A stretch of DNA of 64,000 bases from an uncultured Alphaproteobacteria bacterium (GCA_944392265.1 CALXWC010000006.1:133-64132), one strand, 5' to 3'. Positions 27,142 through 37,477 are shown, counted from the stretch's first letter. The notes: a model not told the origin generated them from the letters alone. Numbers and translations: made by a program.

Positions 27142-27288
27142 AAAAACCTCCATTATCAGCACAATCTGAAAACAAGTGTAGCTTAAAAAAAAATAAAAAA
27201 GAAGAACTATTTTAATTTATCACTAGACTCGATGAAATTATTGAAATATAAATAGACTAAATTAACAGATTTTAATAAGGAGCAAATA

Positions 27289-27792
27289 ATGGCTTGGACA
27301 GATGAGATGGTTAACCAATTAAGAGAAATGTGGAAAGAAGGGTTAACCACAGGTGAAATCGGAAAAAGATTAGGTGTATCTAAAAACTCTATTGTTGGAA
27401 AAGTACACCGTTTAGGTTTATCCGGACGTCCTTCCCCGATTAAGAAAAAAGAAGATAACAATTCAACAACCACCCCCGCACAACCTGTAGCCGAGGTTGA
27501 AAAGAAAACCACAACAAAAGAAAAAACAGAAAAAAAGGTAACAAAAACACAAGTTGCCCCTAAAGAAGAAAAAGAAGAAGTGGTTGAAACAATTAAACCT
27601 CAAGAATTAAACAAATCTAAACACCATCATGGTAAAACAATGTTAACGGATTTAGACAACCACACATGCCGTTGGCCTATAGGTGATCCGAAAGATGAAA
27701 ATTTTCATTTTTGCGGAAAGAAAGTTCGCCTTGGTCAAACATATTGCGATGAACATGCTAATATTGCTTATGTAAAGGCTTCAAAAAAATAA
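27289..27792 (+). CDS. gcrA: cell-cycle transcriptional regulator GcrA
   Basis: MAWTDEMVNQLREMWKEGLTTGEIGKRLGVSKNSIVGKVHRLGL and the C-terminal CRWPIGDP..FCG..YCDEH are GcrA hallmarks. Confidence 0.9.
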   Translation: MAWTDEMVNQLREMWKEGLTTGEIGKRLGVSKNSIVGKVHRLGLSGRPSPIKKKEDNNSTTTPAQPVAEVEKKTTTKEKTEKKVTKTQVAPKEEKEEVVETIKPQELNKSKHHHGKTMLTDLDNHTCRWPIGDPKDENFHFCGKKVRLGQTYCDEHANIAYVKASKK

Positions 27793-27823
27793 ATTAACGC
27801 TTTCTAGTAGGAAAGGATAAATT

Positions 27824-28651
27824 ATGTCATTAGGAACGATTTTTTCTTTTATTGCCGCTGCAATCATTGTTCTGGGTTCAATTTTAACGGCAACGGATTC
27901 TCCGGGAGCTTTTATTGATATCCCAAGTATGATTATTGTGATTGGCGGAACAATCGTGGCCGCGTTCATATCTTATGAAACCAAAACCGCAATCGGCGCC
28001 TTCAAACTTATGGGAGATACTTTCAAAAAGCATGGTGATTCCGATGTTTCTCTAAAAGAAGAAATCGGTCGAATTGTTCGCTGGGCATATATTGTGCAAA
28101 AAAACGGCTTACAAGGTCTGGAAAATGAAATCACCGATAAATTAAGAGAAGAAGATCCTTTCATTGCTTATGCCACAGACTTGGTTGTAACCGGATATAC
28201 CGGCCAAGAAATCAACCAAATTTTGGATCAAATGTTGGAAGCAGAAACAGAAAGAAACAAACAATCATTGGATGCCCTGAAAAAAATGGGTGGTGACGCC
28301 CCCGCTTTTGGTATGCTCGGTACTTTAATTGGTTTGATTATCATGCTTGGTAAAATGGGTGGAGATCCGTCTGCCATTGGTCCAAGTATGGCCGTTGCTT
28401 TGGTAACAACATTCTACGGTATCATTTTAGCTCGTTTGATATTTATTCCGCTATCAACAAAAGTTTCTTCCAGATATGATGTCAGTATGTTTAAGAATAC
28501 AATGATTAAGGAAGGATTAGTCCTATTGGCTGAAAGAAAGAGTCCTCGTTATATTCAAGATAAGATTAACTCTTTCGTCGATGTTAAAGATCAGTTCTTA
28601 ATCGATAGAGATATGAACACAAATACAAATGCATCTCCGTCTGAGAACTAG
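27824..28651 (+). CDS. motA: flagellar stator protein MotA/PomA family
   Basis: 275 aa with four TM segments and APAFGMLGTLIGLI..ALVTTFYG (MotA/TolQ/ExbB channel motif). Followed by motB. Confidence 0.8.
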   Translation: MSLGTIFSFIAAAIIVLGSILTATDSPGAFIDIPSMIIVIGGTIVAAFISYETKTAIGAFKLMGDTFKKHGDSDVSLKEEIGRIVRWAYIVQKNGLQGLENEITDKLREEDPFIAYATDLVVTGYTGQEINQILDQMLEAETERNKQSLDALKKMGGDAPAFGMLGTLIGLIIMLGKMGGDPSAIGPSMAVALVTTFYGIILARLIFIPLSTKVSSRYDVSMFKNTMIKEGLVLLAERKSPRYIQDKINSFVDVKDQFLIDRDMNTNTNASPSEN

Positions 28652-28659
28652 GAGGTTTT

Positions 28660-29316
28660 ATGAAAAAGAAACCAGAAGAACCGATTGATGAAGGTTGGAT
28701 GGCAACTTATGGTGATATGGTCACCTTGCTCTTATGCTTCTTTGTTATGATGGCAACTGTTTCAAAACCAGATTTAGCTCTTTTTGAGCAAATTCAAGCC
28801 AGTATGAACAATGCTTTGGGCAATAAGAATAATGAACGTCCGCTTCAATTAATGAAAGCAGATTTGGAAGACGATATAAAATCAACAGACATCAGCGATA
28901 AAATGTCTTTAGGCAGCGATTCGCAAGGCTTGGTTTTAGAGTTGGACGGAGACACCTTCTTTACGCAAGGTTCTGCTGATTTAAGCTCTCAAGCAATTGC
29001 TGTCTTAAAAAGAATTTCAGCCACCCTTCTCTCTGACAGATATAAAAACTTCAAATTTAGTATTGAAGGTCATACCAGCGATGAAAAATTTTCCAGCCCT
29101 CAATTTCCGTCAAACTGGGAACTTTCAGCTGCCAGAGCGGCATCTGTGGTCAGATTTTTGGAAGGAAGAGGCATTCCGCGTGTACGCATGCAAGCTGTTG
29201 GTTTATATGATGTTTCACCCAAGTATCCTAACTTAGACGTTTACGGGGAACCTATTCCCAACAACAGAAAAAGAAATCGTCGCGTGGTTATCCATATTGA
29301 ACCATCATACCAATAA
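28660..29316 (+). CDS. motB: flagellar stator protein MotB (OmpA-like C-terminus)
   Basis: N-terminal WMATYGDMVTLLLCFF contains the conserved Asp. The C-terminal NWELSAARAASVVRFL..NRRVVI is a peptidoglycan-binding motif. Confidence 0.85.
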   Translation: MKKKPEEPIDEGWMATYGDMVTLLLCFFVMMATVSKPDLALFEQIQASMNNALGNKNNERPLQLMKADLEDDIKSTDISDKMSLGSDSQGLVLELDGDTFFTQGSADLSSQAIAVLKRISATLLSDRYKNFKFSIEGHTSDEKFSSPQFPSNWELSAARAASVVRFLEGRGIPRVRMQAVGLYDVSPKYPNLDVYGEPIPNNRKRNRRVVIHIEPSYQ

Positions 29317-29352
29317 AAAAAGCCCGATATTTTTGTATCGGGCTTTTTTTTA
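29315..29352. terminator. bidirectional rho-independent terminator
   Basis: aaaaaaAGCCCGATAtttttgTATCGGGCTtttttttt lies between convergent motB and the 29354 gene. Confidence 0.85.
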
Positions 29353-29353
29353 T

Positions 29354-30229
29354 TTAGTTTCTGCAATTTCTTAGAAAAAAACGCCAAGAGGTAATTTTTT
29401 TTTGGGTTTCCTCTTGAATGTATTTTTTCTTTCTGAGAATATACGAATATACCCAAGAAAACTGCCAAAAACCGTTAAAACAATACATGTTAATTTTTAA
29501 CGGATATTTTTTTGCCAAACGTTTTGATGCTACCTTGACATCAGAAGGCACCTCAAAATTCAAAGGTTTTTGCAACTTACCGGAATACCGAGAGATGCGA
29601 TCATAAATTGATGCAACTTCAGAAAAGAGCAACACACCTTTGCATATTCCTTTGCAATTGTACACTTGCATCATATCGTCAACACTTTCTTCTGGAACAT
29701 AATAAAAGGTCGAATCAACAATATTAGCAAGAGCTTTTGCATCCACTTTATCCGGATACTGTTTATCCAAAAACTCAAAAGTTTGTTTCAAACGCAATGA
29801 CAACCGTTTAGTCAAACACATAATGACTTTCCAACCATTGTCATTTTTAACGGCATTATAAATATCCAAACAATTAAGTCCGGTATTTGTCCCTTTATCC
29901 AGAATCATCAGTTGAGAAGACATAACGCCCAAAGCTTCACACACTCGCGCAAGTTTCTGCCCTTCAGATTCACCTGGGTTATTTGTGTATTTTGACAAAG
30001 GACCAACCCCGCCAACACACAAAATAGTCGGATAATATCCATAAGCATGATAAATTTGAAAATAAATATCAACAGCGTAGAAAGCAGAGGTTATGTCATC
30101 ATCCACACAAGCCAAATATTTTGCAGGTGTAACCTTTCCTCTTGCATCAAAACAATTTGTTCTCACACTCAACTGAGCCAAAATTATTTTAGCATCAGCA
30201 TAATCTTGTTCACAAAAAAACTTTTCCAT
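29354..30229 (-). CDS. DUF218 (YdcF/ElyC/SanA-like) domain protein
   Basis: ILCVGGVGP..ESEGQKLARVCEALGV..LDKGTNTGLN fits the DUF218 pattern (GG...SE...GV...S-x-NT-x-xN). The start is uncertain (ATG 30229, MEKFF, versus the track start 30259). Confidence 0.45.
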   Translation of the reverse strand: MEKFFCEQDYADAKIILAQLSVRTNCFDARGKVTPAKYLACVDDDITSAFYAVDIYFQIYHAYGYYPTILCVGGVGPLSKYTNNPGESEGQKLARVCEALGVMSSQLMILDKGTNTGLNCLDIYNAVKNDNGWKVIMCLTKRLSLRLKQTFEFLDKQYPDKVDAKALANIVDSTFYYVPEESVDDMMQVYNCKGICKGVLLFSEVASIYDRISRYSGKLQKPLNFEVPSDVKVASKRLAKKYPLKINMYCFNGFWQFSWVYSYILRKKKYIQEETQKKITSWRFFLRNCRN

Positions 30230-30291
30230 ATAATTAATTTTAATAATAAAAAAACACATTATAGATATAATAGATTAGCGCTCAAAGTTCA

Positions 30292-30332
30292 ACAAAAAAA
30301 ATGTCCTCGACTTCAAATTTGCCAAGGACATT
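30292..30332 (-). terminator. rho-independent terminator after the ars-like operon
   Basis: The reverse strand reads AATGTCCTtggcaaatttgaagtcgAGGACATT followed by an 8-T run. Confidence 0.55.
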
Positions 30333-30358
30333 ACTTTATAAAGGAAACTTATCTAAAC

Positions 30359-30625
30359 TTATTTACAACAGCATCCGCAAGAACCGGTTTGCATATTAAA
30401 CCAGCTTTCTACTTGCTCTTTGGATGGAACACCGCCAACAAAAGCAATATTACCGTCAATTACAATAGCAGGCGTAGACATCACACCATAAGAAATAATT
30501 GCCGAAATATCTTCCACCTTTTCAATTGTTCCGGAAAATCCATGCGCTTTAGCCACTTCTTCAACCACCTCAAAAGTTGCTTTGCACTTAGGGCACCCCA
30601 TTCCCAAAACCTTTATTTCTTTCAT
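30359..30625 (-). CDS. thioredoxin-fold protein (redox-active disulfide protein 2-like) with Cys-rich tail
   Basis: MKEIKVLGMGCPKCK (CxxC) and an 88-aa thioredoxin-like fold. The C-terminus is GSCGCCCK. Confidence 0.7.
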   Translation of the reverse strand: MKEIKVLGMGCPKCKATFEVVEEVAKAHGFSGTIEKVEDISAIISYGVMSTPAIVIDGNIAFVGGVPSKEQVESWFNMQTGSCGCCCK

Positions 30626-30634
30626 ATTTTTCTC

Positions 30635-31603
30635 CTACAACATATTAAGTAAATATCCGGTAGCAATAAAGGCCACCAACAAATAACCGATAAACATCAT
30701 CAATAGTTTTAAGCTAAATACTTTTTTGAGCATCATCATTTCGGGCAAAGAAATTGTTGCAATACTCATAAATGCTACTAATGCCGTACCAACAGGAACA
30801 CCTTTCATCAACAACACTTGAACCAATGGAACAATACCGGCCTGAGAAGCATAAATCGGAATTCCGACCACAGTGGCAAAAGGCACAGCCCAAATGTTAT
30901 CAGCCCCCATATATTTTACGAAGAATTCTTGCGGAATATAGCCATGCATATATGCACCGATTACCAATCCGATTAAAATATATAGATAAAGAGATTTTAC
31001 CAAATTCCATGAAAATTCATGGGCATATTTCACTAAAGCAACTGCTTTTTCTCTCATACTTGAACAAGCGCAAACACTCGGGGCAACTTTTGGGATATTG
31101 AGCGCCAAATATTTTTCCACATGAAACTTATCTGCCAAATATCCGGCCAATACTGAAATAATTGTTCCGGAAATAATATAAATTGAAACAATATAAGCGC
31201 CATAGCTTCCCATTCCAAGCAACATTATTGCCGCAATTTCACTAATTAATGGCGAACTCACCAAAAAAGCCACACTCACCCCAAAAGGAACTCCGGCTGC
31301 AATAAAGCCCATAAACAGCGGAATGGAAGAGCAAGAGCAAAACGGCGTAACCACCCCTAAAAATACCGCTAAAAAATAACCACTCCAGCGCGATTTTCCG
31401 GATAAATAATCCCTCACCTTTTCAGGACTCAGTTGAGAACGAAACAATGAGATGATAAATATCAATAAATATAAAAGCACAAAAATCTTTGTACTATCTT
31501 CAATAAAGAAATGGACTGCTGAACCTAAATGCGTTTCTTTGGTCAAGCCCATCTGCAAAATAGCCCAATCTGCCAAATGCGTAAAAACTTCTAACAATTG
31601 CAC
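30635..31603 (-). CDS. permease, COG0701/DUF318-like (ArsP-type family)
   Basis: 322 aa polytopic membrane protein. The VTPFCSCSSIPLF motif is typical of this permease family. Flanked by arsR and the thioredoxin-like gene. Confidence 0.65.
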   Translation of the reverse strand: MQLLEVFTHLADWAILQMGLTKETHLGSAVHFFIEDSTKIFVLLYLLIFIISLFRSQLSPEKVRDYLSGKSRWSGYFLAVFLGVVTPFCSCSSIPLFMGFIAAGVPFGVSVAFLVSSPLISEIAAIMLLGMGSYGAYIVSIYIISGTIISVLAGYLADKFHVEKYLALNIPKVAPSVCACSSMREKAVALVKYAHEFSWNLVKSLYLYILIGLVIGAYMHGYIPQEFFVKYMGADNIWAVPFATVVGIPIYASQAGIVPLVQVLLMKGVPVGTALVAFMSIATISLPEMMMLKKVFSLKLLMMFIGYLLVAFIATGYLLNML

Positions 31604-31896
31604 CCTCCGTTACAACAATCAGTCAGCAAAAATTTGGTAATTTGCTTAATCAGACAACAATTAGGCTTATAAAAAATCTGTTTTCCTTGTTTTTCAAAAG
31701 AACAAAGCCCGACATTTGCCATCAAACTCAAATGAAAAGAGAGTGTATTTCTCGGAAAATCGTTCATCAAAGCCGAAATTTCCGTCGGTGTAATCCCTTC
31801 TTTACTATGCTCAACCAAAATTCTGAAAATCTGCAAACGAGTTTCATTACTCAAGGCATCAAACACAGCGGCTATATCTGTTAAATTATTTGTCAT
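31591..31896 (-). CDS. arsR: ArsR/SmtB-family metalloregulator with Cys-rich C-terminus
   Basis: ALSNETRLQIFRILVE..ISALM..LSFHLSLMANVGL..QGKQIFYK is a wHTH. The tail is LLTDCCNGGCNC. Overlaps the permease start by 13 nt. Confidence 0.8.
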   Translation of the reverse strand: MTNNLTDIAAVFDALSNETRLQIFRILVEHSKEGITPTEISALMNDFPRNTLSFHLSLMANVGLCSFEKQGKQIFYKPNCCLIKQITKFLLTDCCNGGCNC

Positions 31897-31953
31897 ATCA
31901 GATTCCTTATTTCTACATTTCTAGAAATATAGAAATATCATAAAAGAGTCAAG

Positions 31954-31985
31954 AAAAAGCAGTCGAAAAAATCGACTGCTTTTTC
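31954..31985 (-). terminator. rho-independent terminator
   Basis: aaaaaGCAGTCGAaaaaaaTCGACTGCttttt, directly after the stop of the 31991 gene. Confidence 0.7.
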
Positions 31986-31990
31986 TAAAC

Positions 31991-32719
31991 TCACTTTCCT
32001 AAGCGATAGATAAATCTAAACTTATCTGCTTTAACCGTGTTGCGACCAACGTGAACCATAGCCTGACCGGATGAAATCGGAGCCATTGAAGCATCTTCAT
32101 CCAAAGCACTCCATTGAATAAAATCTTGCTTTAACACATCAAAATAATAATCAACAAACTGCTTTTTTCCAAGCTTGCGACGGATGAACCAAACAATATG
32201 CCGTTCATGCCGGTTACAAATAAAGCGACCACGAATAGCATAATCTAACTTCGTACCGCCATATTTTTTAACAGCGAAATCTACTACCTTTTCCTTAACC
32301 AAGGACCAAGGCTCTATCAAGCTCTGCATTCCGTCATTCACATCAACAAAGAGCTGGAAATTCTTCTTAACTCCCAATTCAGGTATGTCAAAACTCATCT
32401 CAGATACAAAAGCCACAGACTCTTCCGCACTGCGAAAAACATTCACGGGAACCATAAAATATGTCTTTTCAAATGGTTCTTCCTCAAGAATTTGGGGCTT
32501 AGCCGTAAACCAGCAAGTAATACCCAACAAGATATCGGAATATTTCACAATCCAAAGGGTATAGCTTTCTCCCCTTCGGTAAATCTGTTTACCATCCTCA
32601 ATATAGTCTTGAGTACAGCGCACGGTTTTTAAGCGCATACGACGAACACCCTGAGCCAAATGAGAATTGCTGCTCATTTGAGATAAAATCTGCTTCTCGG
32701 AAAAATTTGCGTAAAACAT
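31991..32719 (-). CDS. hypothetical protein
   Basis: Long ORF with no recognisable motif. The start is uncertain (track TTG 32764, ATG 32719, or a later ATG at MSSNS). Confidence 0.5.
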   Translation of the reverse strand: MFYANFSEKQILSQMSSNSHLAQGVRRMRLKTVRCTQDYIEDGKQIYRRGESYTLWIVKYSDILLGITCWFTAKPQILEEEPFEKTYFMVPVNVFRSAEESVAFVSEMSFDIPELGVKKNFQLFVDVNDGMQSLIEPWSLVKEKVVDFAVKKYGGTKLDYAIRGRFICNRHERHIVWFIRRKLGKKQFVDYYFDVLKQDFIQWSALDEDASMAPISSGQAMVHVGRNTVKADKFRFIYRLGK

Positions 32720-32859
32720 AAAAATATATTTTAAGGTAAAACAATAAAGATAAATAATTCTCAAAACAAATTCACTAATAACACAATTAAGAATATTTAC
32801 AACAAAAAAACTCCCTGCTTTTTTAGGAGCAAGGAGTTTTTGTAAAGTCTGACTATGAA

Positions 32860-35721
32860 TTATTCATCATCGCCGTTAGATTCCACTTCAGGCTCGGTCA
32901 CAATACCGTCGTCGTCATTTTCAATGACGCTTTCGCCCAAAATTTCACTTCCGGTTTCTTCTTCTAATTCTTCTTCGTCATCTTCATCGGCGTCAAGCCA
33001 TGTTACAGAAACAACTCTTTCATCTTCGGCTGTTCTAAACAAGATAACACCTTGTGTCTTACGACCGGCAATTCTGATATCAGAAACCGGCATACGAATA
33101 AGTTTACCACCGTCAGTAACCATCATAATCTGGTTGTTATCTTCAATTGGGAAGGAGCTGACGATTTCTTTGTTGCGGGCAGACATTTCCATATTGGCAA
33201 TACCTTGACCGCCACGACCGGTAACACGATATTCATAAGAAGATGTACGTTTACCATAGCCTGTAGAAGTAACAGAAAGAATAAATTGTTCATTTTCTTT
33301 CATCTTCAGATATTTATCTTCAGACAAGATATCCGTATTCATACCCGTATCAGCCAAAGCAATTTCATCTTCTCTGACGTTTCTTTCAGCCATCAAGCGT
33401 TTGATTGCAGAACGAACACGAGCATATTCATCTCTTTCTTCGGTTGTAGCTTCACTATGGTTCAAAATAGACATGGAGATAACTTCATCACCATCGGCTA
33501 ATTTAATACCGCGAACACCTGTTGAGTTACGTCCGACAAAGACACGAACTTCCGTTACCGGGAAACGAATACATTTACCGCTTCTTGCCGCTAACATAAT
33601 ATCGTTATCTTCGTGACAAATACGAACATTGATAAGTTTGTCGCCTTCATCAAGTTTCATGGCAATCTTACCGTTAGATTGAACATTGACAAAGTCCATC
33701 AAAGAGTTACGACGAACATTACCCTGAGCCGTTGCAAACATAACGGACATATTCTCGCACTCAGCCTCATTCTCCGGCAATTTCAAAATAGTTGTAATTG
33801 TTTCACCGGCATCCAAAGGCAAGAGGTTGATAAACGGTTTACCCTTAGAGGTTGGAGAACCCAAAGGCAATTTATAAACCTTCATTTTATATACCAAACC
33901 TTTAGAAGAGAAGAAGAGTACCGGTGTGTGTGTAGATGCCACAAACAAACGAGAAACAAAATCTTCTTCTTTGGTAGCCATACCGGACTTACCTTTACCA
34001 CCGCGTTTTTGTGCTTTATAAGCATTCAAAGGAACGCGTTTAATATAGCCGGCATCTGTAACCGTAACCACCATATCTTCACGTTGGATAAGAGATTCAA
34101 TATCAGTATCATATTCAATATCTTCAATCTTAGAGCGACGAGGTGTTGCATATTCATCTTTAATGGCAACAAATTCATCACGCATGATGCCATAGAGTTT
34201 TTCTCTTGATGCTAAAATGGAGAGATATTCTTTAATATCTTCACCGATAGATGTTAACTCTTCGTGGATTTTATCTCTTTCCAAGCCGGTTAAGCGTTGC
34301 AATTTCAAATCAAGAATTGCTTTTGCTTGTGCTTCAGAAAGACGATAAGTTCCGTTTTCAACCTTTCTATCAGGTTCATCAATAAGTTTAACCAATGGTT
34401 CAACATCTCCGGCAGGCCAAGCTTTGGCAAGCAAAGCATCTTTAGCTTCTTGCGGGTTGGAAGATGTACGGATGAGATCAATAACCGGGTCAATATTTTC
34501 TACGGCAATAGCCAAACCAACCAAAACGTGAGCTCTGTCACGAGCTTTGTTCAATAAGAAAATGGTACGACGACGAATAACTTCTTCACGGAAGGCAACA
34601 AAGGCAGAAATAATGTCTTTCAAGTTCATCATCATCGGACGACCGCCGTTAATGGCGAGCATATTCATACCAAAGCTGGTTTGCAGTTGGGTAAACTTAT
34701 AAAGTTGGTTCAAGACCACATCGGCTTGGAAATCTTTTTTGATTTCGATAACCACGCGAACACCTTGACGGTCAGATTCATCGCGGATATCGGAAATACC
34801 GTCAATTTTCTTTTCTTTAACAAGTTCGGCAATCTTTGTAACCAACATAGATTTATTAACCTGATACGGCACTTCATGCACAATGATAGCTTCTTTATCT
34901 TTTCTAAGCTCTTCAATAGTGCATTTTGCACGCATCACAACCGAACCACGTCCGGTAAGGTAAGCAGATTTTGCACCGCTATAACCCAAAATCAAACCGC
35001 CTGTCGGAAAATCTGGTCCCGGAACAATACGGATTAAATCTTCAATTGAAATGAGCGGATCATCAATATAAGCGCAACAAGCATCCAACACCTCACCCAA
35101 GTTGTGTGGCGGAATGTTGGTTGCCATACCAACGGCAATACCGTTTGCACCGTTAACAAGCAAGTTTGGATAAGCTGCCGGCAAAACGGTTGGTTCTTGC
35201 AAGCTTTCATCATAGTTCGGCATAAAGTCAACGGTATCTTTTTCAATATCGTCAATAAGGGCATGAGCCACTTTTGCCAAACGAGCCTCGGTATAACGCA
35301 TTGCAGCGGCGCTATCACCATCCATAGAACCGAAGTTACCTTGACCATCAATCAATGGAACGCGCATGGAGAACGGTTGCGCCATTCTGACCATTGCTTC
35401 ATAAACAGAACTGTCACCGTGCGGGTGATATTTACCCAAAACATCACCGACGATACGGGCTGACTTTCTGAATGGACGGTTATAATCATATCCGTTTTCA
35501 TATGCAGAATAAATAATACGGCGATGCACCGGCTTCAAACCGTCGCGCACATCCGGCAAAGCACGAGAAACAATAACGCTCATGGCATAATCCAAATAAG
35601 AGCGTCTCATTTCATCACAAATACCGATAGGCGAAATATCCTGACCGCTGTTTGGATTAACGGTTTCGGCCACAACGCCTAAATTCTCGTTTTCTTCACT
35701 CACTTTTTTATCCTTTTTCAA
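32860..35721 (-). CDS. gyrA: DNA gyrase subunit A
   Basis: [24 protein letters not shown], active-site [10 protein letters not shown] and C-terminal beta-pinwheel repeats. Strongly acidic last ~50 aa. TTG (35721) or GVG-type GTG (35703) start. Confidence 0.95.
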   Translation of the reverse strand: MKKDKKVSEENENLGVVAETVNPNSGQDISPIGICDEMRRSYLDYAMSVIVSRALPDVRDGLKPVHRRIIYSAYENGYDYNRPFRKSARIVGDVLGKYHPHGDSSVYEAMVRMAQPFSMRVPLIDGQGNFGSMDGDSAAAMRYTEARLAKVAHALIDDIEKDTVDFMPNYDESLQEPTVLPAAYPNLLVNGANGIAVGMATNIPPHNLGEVLDACCAYIDDPLISIEDLIRIVPGPDFPTGGLILGYSGAKSAYLTGRGSVVMRAKCTIEELRKDKEAIIVHEVPYQVNKSMLVTKIAELVKEKKIDGISDIRDESDRQGVRVVIEIKKDFQADVVLNQLYKFTQLQTSFGMNMLAINGGRPMMMNLKDIISAFVAFREEVIRRRTIFLLNKARDRAHVLVGLAIAVENIDPVIDLIRTSSNPQEAKDALLAKAWPAGDVEPLVKLIDEPDRKVENGTYRLSEAQAKAILDLKLQRLTGLERDKIHEELTSIGEDIKEYLSILASREKLYGIMRDEFVAIKDEYATPRRSKIEDIEYDTDIESLIQREDMVVTVTDAGYIKRVPLNAYKAQKRGGKGKSGMATKEEDFVSRLFVASTHTPVLFFSSKGLVYKMKVYKLPLGSPTSKGKPFINLLPLDAGETITTILKLPENEAECENMSVMFATAQGNVRRNSLMDFVNVQSNGKIAMKLDEGDKLINVRICHEDNDIMLAARSGKCIRFPVTEVRVFVGRNSTGVRGIKLADGDEVISMSILNHSEATTEERDEYARVRSAIKRLMAERNVREDEIALADTGMNTDILSEDKYLKMKENEQFILSVTSTGYGKRTSSYEYRVTGRGGQGIANMEMSARNKEIVSSFPIEDNNQIMMVTDGGKLIRMPVSDIRIAGRKTQGVILFRTAEDERVVSVTWLDADEDDEEELEEETGSEILGESVIENDDDGIVTEPEVESNGDDE

Positions 35722-35977
35722 ATTACAAACTGCATAAAATTTAGCAAAAATATCTTTCCCTCACCAGTAAATATTAGAACTTACACACATAAAAAAGCAC
35801 AAATTCCTCTCTACGGCCAAAAAAACCGCCTTATTTTTGATTATGAGTAAAAACAAAAACAAAAAAGTTAACACAAAATCGCTGTATCAAGCAAAAAAAG
35901 CCTAAAAAAATGGTATAGATATCTGCTTAATTTTGTGGTATGATGAAGCAAAACTAACAAAATAACGGATATTTATT

Positions 35978-36751
35978 ATGACTAAAAATAAGCAACAGCT
36001 CATAGAAGAAGCCATCAATAAAATTATTGAAAGAGCCTGCAATCAACAAATTCAATCTAACATTGCCTTGGATGAAGAACAATTAGAGTTGTTGCATCAG
36101 TTAAACATATTTTGTGTTCATCAATCTTTATGTGACCCTGAGGTAAAAAGAGACCCTCGCAAAATTCCCTATATGTCCGGCCGAGAACTCAAAATCGCGC
36201 TGATTGCATTATGTTTAGCACGCTCTTTAATGAACCCTCGCGCCCCAAAAAATTATAACAAAGAATATTTTGAAGAAAATATCAATGTTGAAACAATTGA
36301 TGGCAACATCAAAAACATCACCTTTAAAAACATCTCAGAAAAAGAAATTGATAAGGCCTTAAACATTGAGCTTATTTGTGATTGGATGATTTATCGTGAC
36401 CAAAACGGCAAAGGCATCAGAGCCTTGATGGATGAAAAAAACTTTTATCAAGACTTAGAAGATTATATCAAAGGCGGACATCCGGTTTATGAGTTTGCTC
36501 GTTTTGAACGCAAATTTTATGAACACAAACAAGGAAAAGAACGAGCCACTAAAGAAAGCGCACAAGAAGCTTTTCGTAATACGATTGTTCAGCAAGTTGC
36601 CACAGAGATAGCCAAACAACAAATTGCTTTAGGGCAAAACCCAATGGAGTTGGTTAATCTCTTATTTTCTTCTCAAGATTATAATTACGCCATTCAAAAA
36701 ATTTTGGAAAAACCGGCCCCTATTCCGCAAATTGAAAATAAGAAAAAATAA
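35978..36751 (+). CDS. hypothetical protein
   Basis: 257 aa, helical. No family recognised. Confidence 0.55.
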   Translation: MTKNKQQLIEEAINKIIERACNQQIQSNIALDEEQLELLHQLNIFCVHQSLCDPEVKRDPRKIPYMSGRELKIALIALCLARSLMNPRAPKNYNKEYFEENINVETIDGNIKNITFKNISEKEIDKALNIELICDWMIYRDQNGKGIRALMDEKNFYQDLEDYIKGGHPVYEFARFERKFYEHKQGKERATKESAQEAFRNTIVQQVATEIAKQQIALGQNPMELVNLLFSSQDYNYAIQKILEKPAPIPQIENKKK

Positions 36752-36937
36752 TATTGCAACATTTTTTCATAATTTTGTCCATTTACATACTTTCTAAAAT
36801 ATGATATAAACATAACTGAGAAAATTAAGGTTATGTTTATTATTTTAGGAAGTTTGAATTTTTTGAGGTAACTCAGAGAATAATAATTTTTCTGAAGTGT
36901 ATAGCATAGCTAATTGTCTAACACAAAAAACAAAAAA

Positions 36938-37459
36938 ATGAAATTAAACATTCAAAATCTACTTCCTAGAGTAATTATGTGCAAGGAAGTTCAAACCGGA
37001 GATTGTTTTCCTAATGGAGAACTTCTGAAATGTAAAAAGAAGTATCACTTATCGCGGATAAAAGTGTGTCCTTGGCATACAGAAGTATACCTCAAGGAAT
37101 TCCCTGGGAAAGTCTTTAACAGCGTCCAATTTGCAGAATGCTTCAAACTAGAAGTAGAGATAAAAAAATTACTCCAAGCAAAAAAACGCGAAGGAAGAAT
37201 CATTGCCACTTTTTCTAAAGAGAACATGCCGCAGATTATTCTGAGCAACACAGGTATACTTGACTTATCCTCTTATAAAGAGGATATTGCCCTGTTGGAA
37301 TTAGGTGAAGTTTTCACTATCGGCAGAAATGTTGATTGTGACATAAAAATAAAAAACGACACCATATACTCCCCTCTGCATTGCTACATCAGCAAGACAA
37401 CAATAGGGAAATATGCTCTGTACGATTGTTCCCTCAATGGTACTTTTGTATCATTATAA
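36938..37459 (+). CDS. FHA-domain protein (FHA at extreme C-terminus, apparently short)
   Basis: FTIGRNVDCDIKIKNDTIYSPLHCYI..YALYDCSLNGTFVSL matches the FHA core (G-R..D..I....S..H..I......D.S.NGT.V), but the ORF stops 4 aa after NGT. The N-terminal ~100 aa has C/H spacing (CKEVQTGDC..C..C.WH). Confidence 0.6.
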   Translation: MKLNIQNLLPRVIMCKEVQTGDCFPNGELLKCKKKYHLSRIKVCPWHTEVYLKEFPGKVFNSVQFAECFKLEVEIKKLLQAKKREGRIIATFSKENMPQIILSNTGILDLSSYKEDIALLELGEVFTIGRNVDCDIKIKNDTIYSPLHCYISKTTIGKYALYDCSLNGTFVSL

Positions 37460-37477
37460 AGATTATTCTCACTCAAA

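Noticed and set aside
27262-27276. CtrA-box-like TTAA-N-TTAA near the gcrA promoter (ttaacagattttaat), and a TTAA-N7-TTAG upstream of fliL (~53728-53742).
   Set aside because: The first has N6 rather than N7 spacing and the second has an imperfect half-site. In such AT-rich DNA, TTAA pairs occur by chance too often to call without a statistical scan.
33052-35463. Multiple 70-200 aa ORFs antisense to or out of frame with gyrA. The same occurs in spoT (22467..23546), uvrA (42130..44480), the dsbA-like gene (46170..46832), the DUF218/thioredoxin region (30047..30652), the ATP-grasp gene (40322..41942), cckA (14917..17214) and elsewhere.
   Set aside because: These are shadow ORFs inside strongly supported genes. 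Their low-complexity, Phe/Ile/Asn/Lys-rich translations are typical of AT-rich antisense frames, and they have no RBS or motifs.
36938-37459. Calling the short FHA gene a pseudogene.
   Set aside because: The ORF ends at a clean stop followed directly by a strong bidirectional terminator shared with ssb. I see no continuation of FHA-like sequence in another frame, so truncation by frameshift is unsupported. I left it as a CDS with a caveat.
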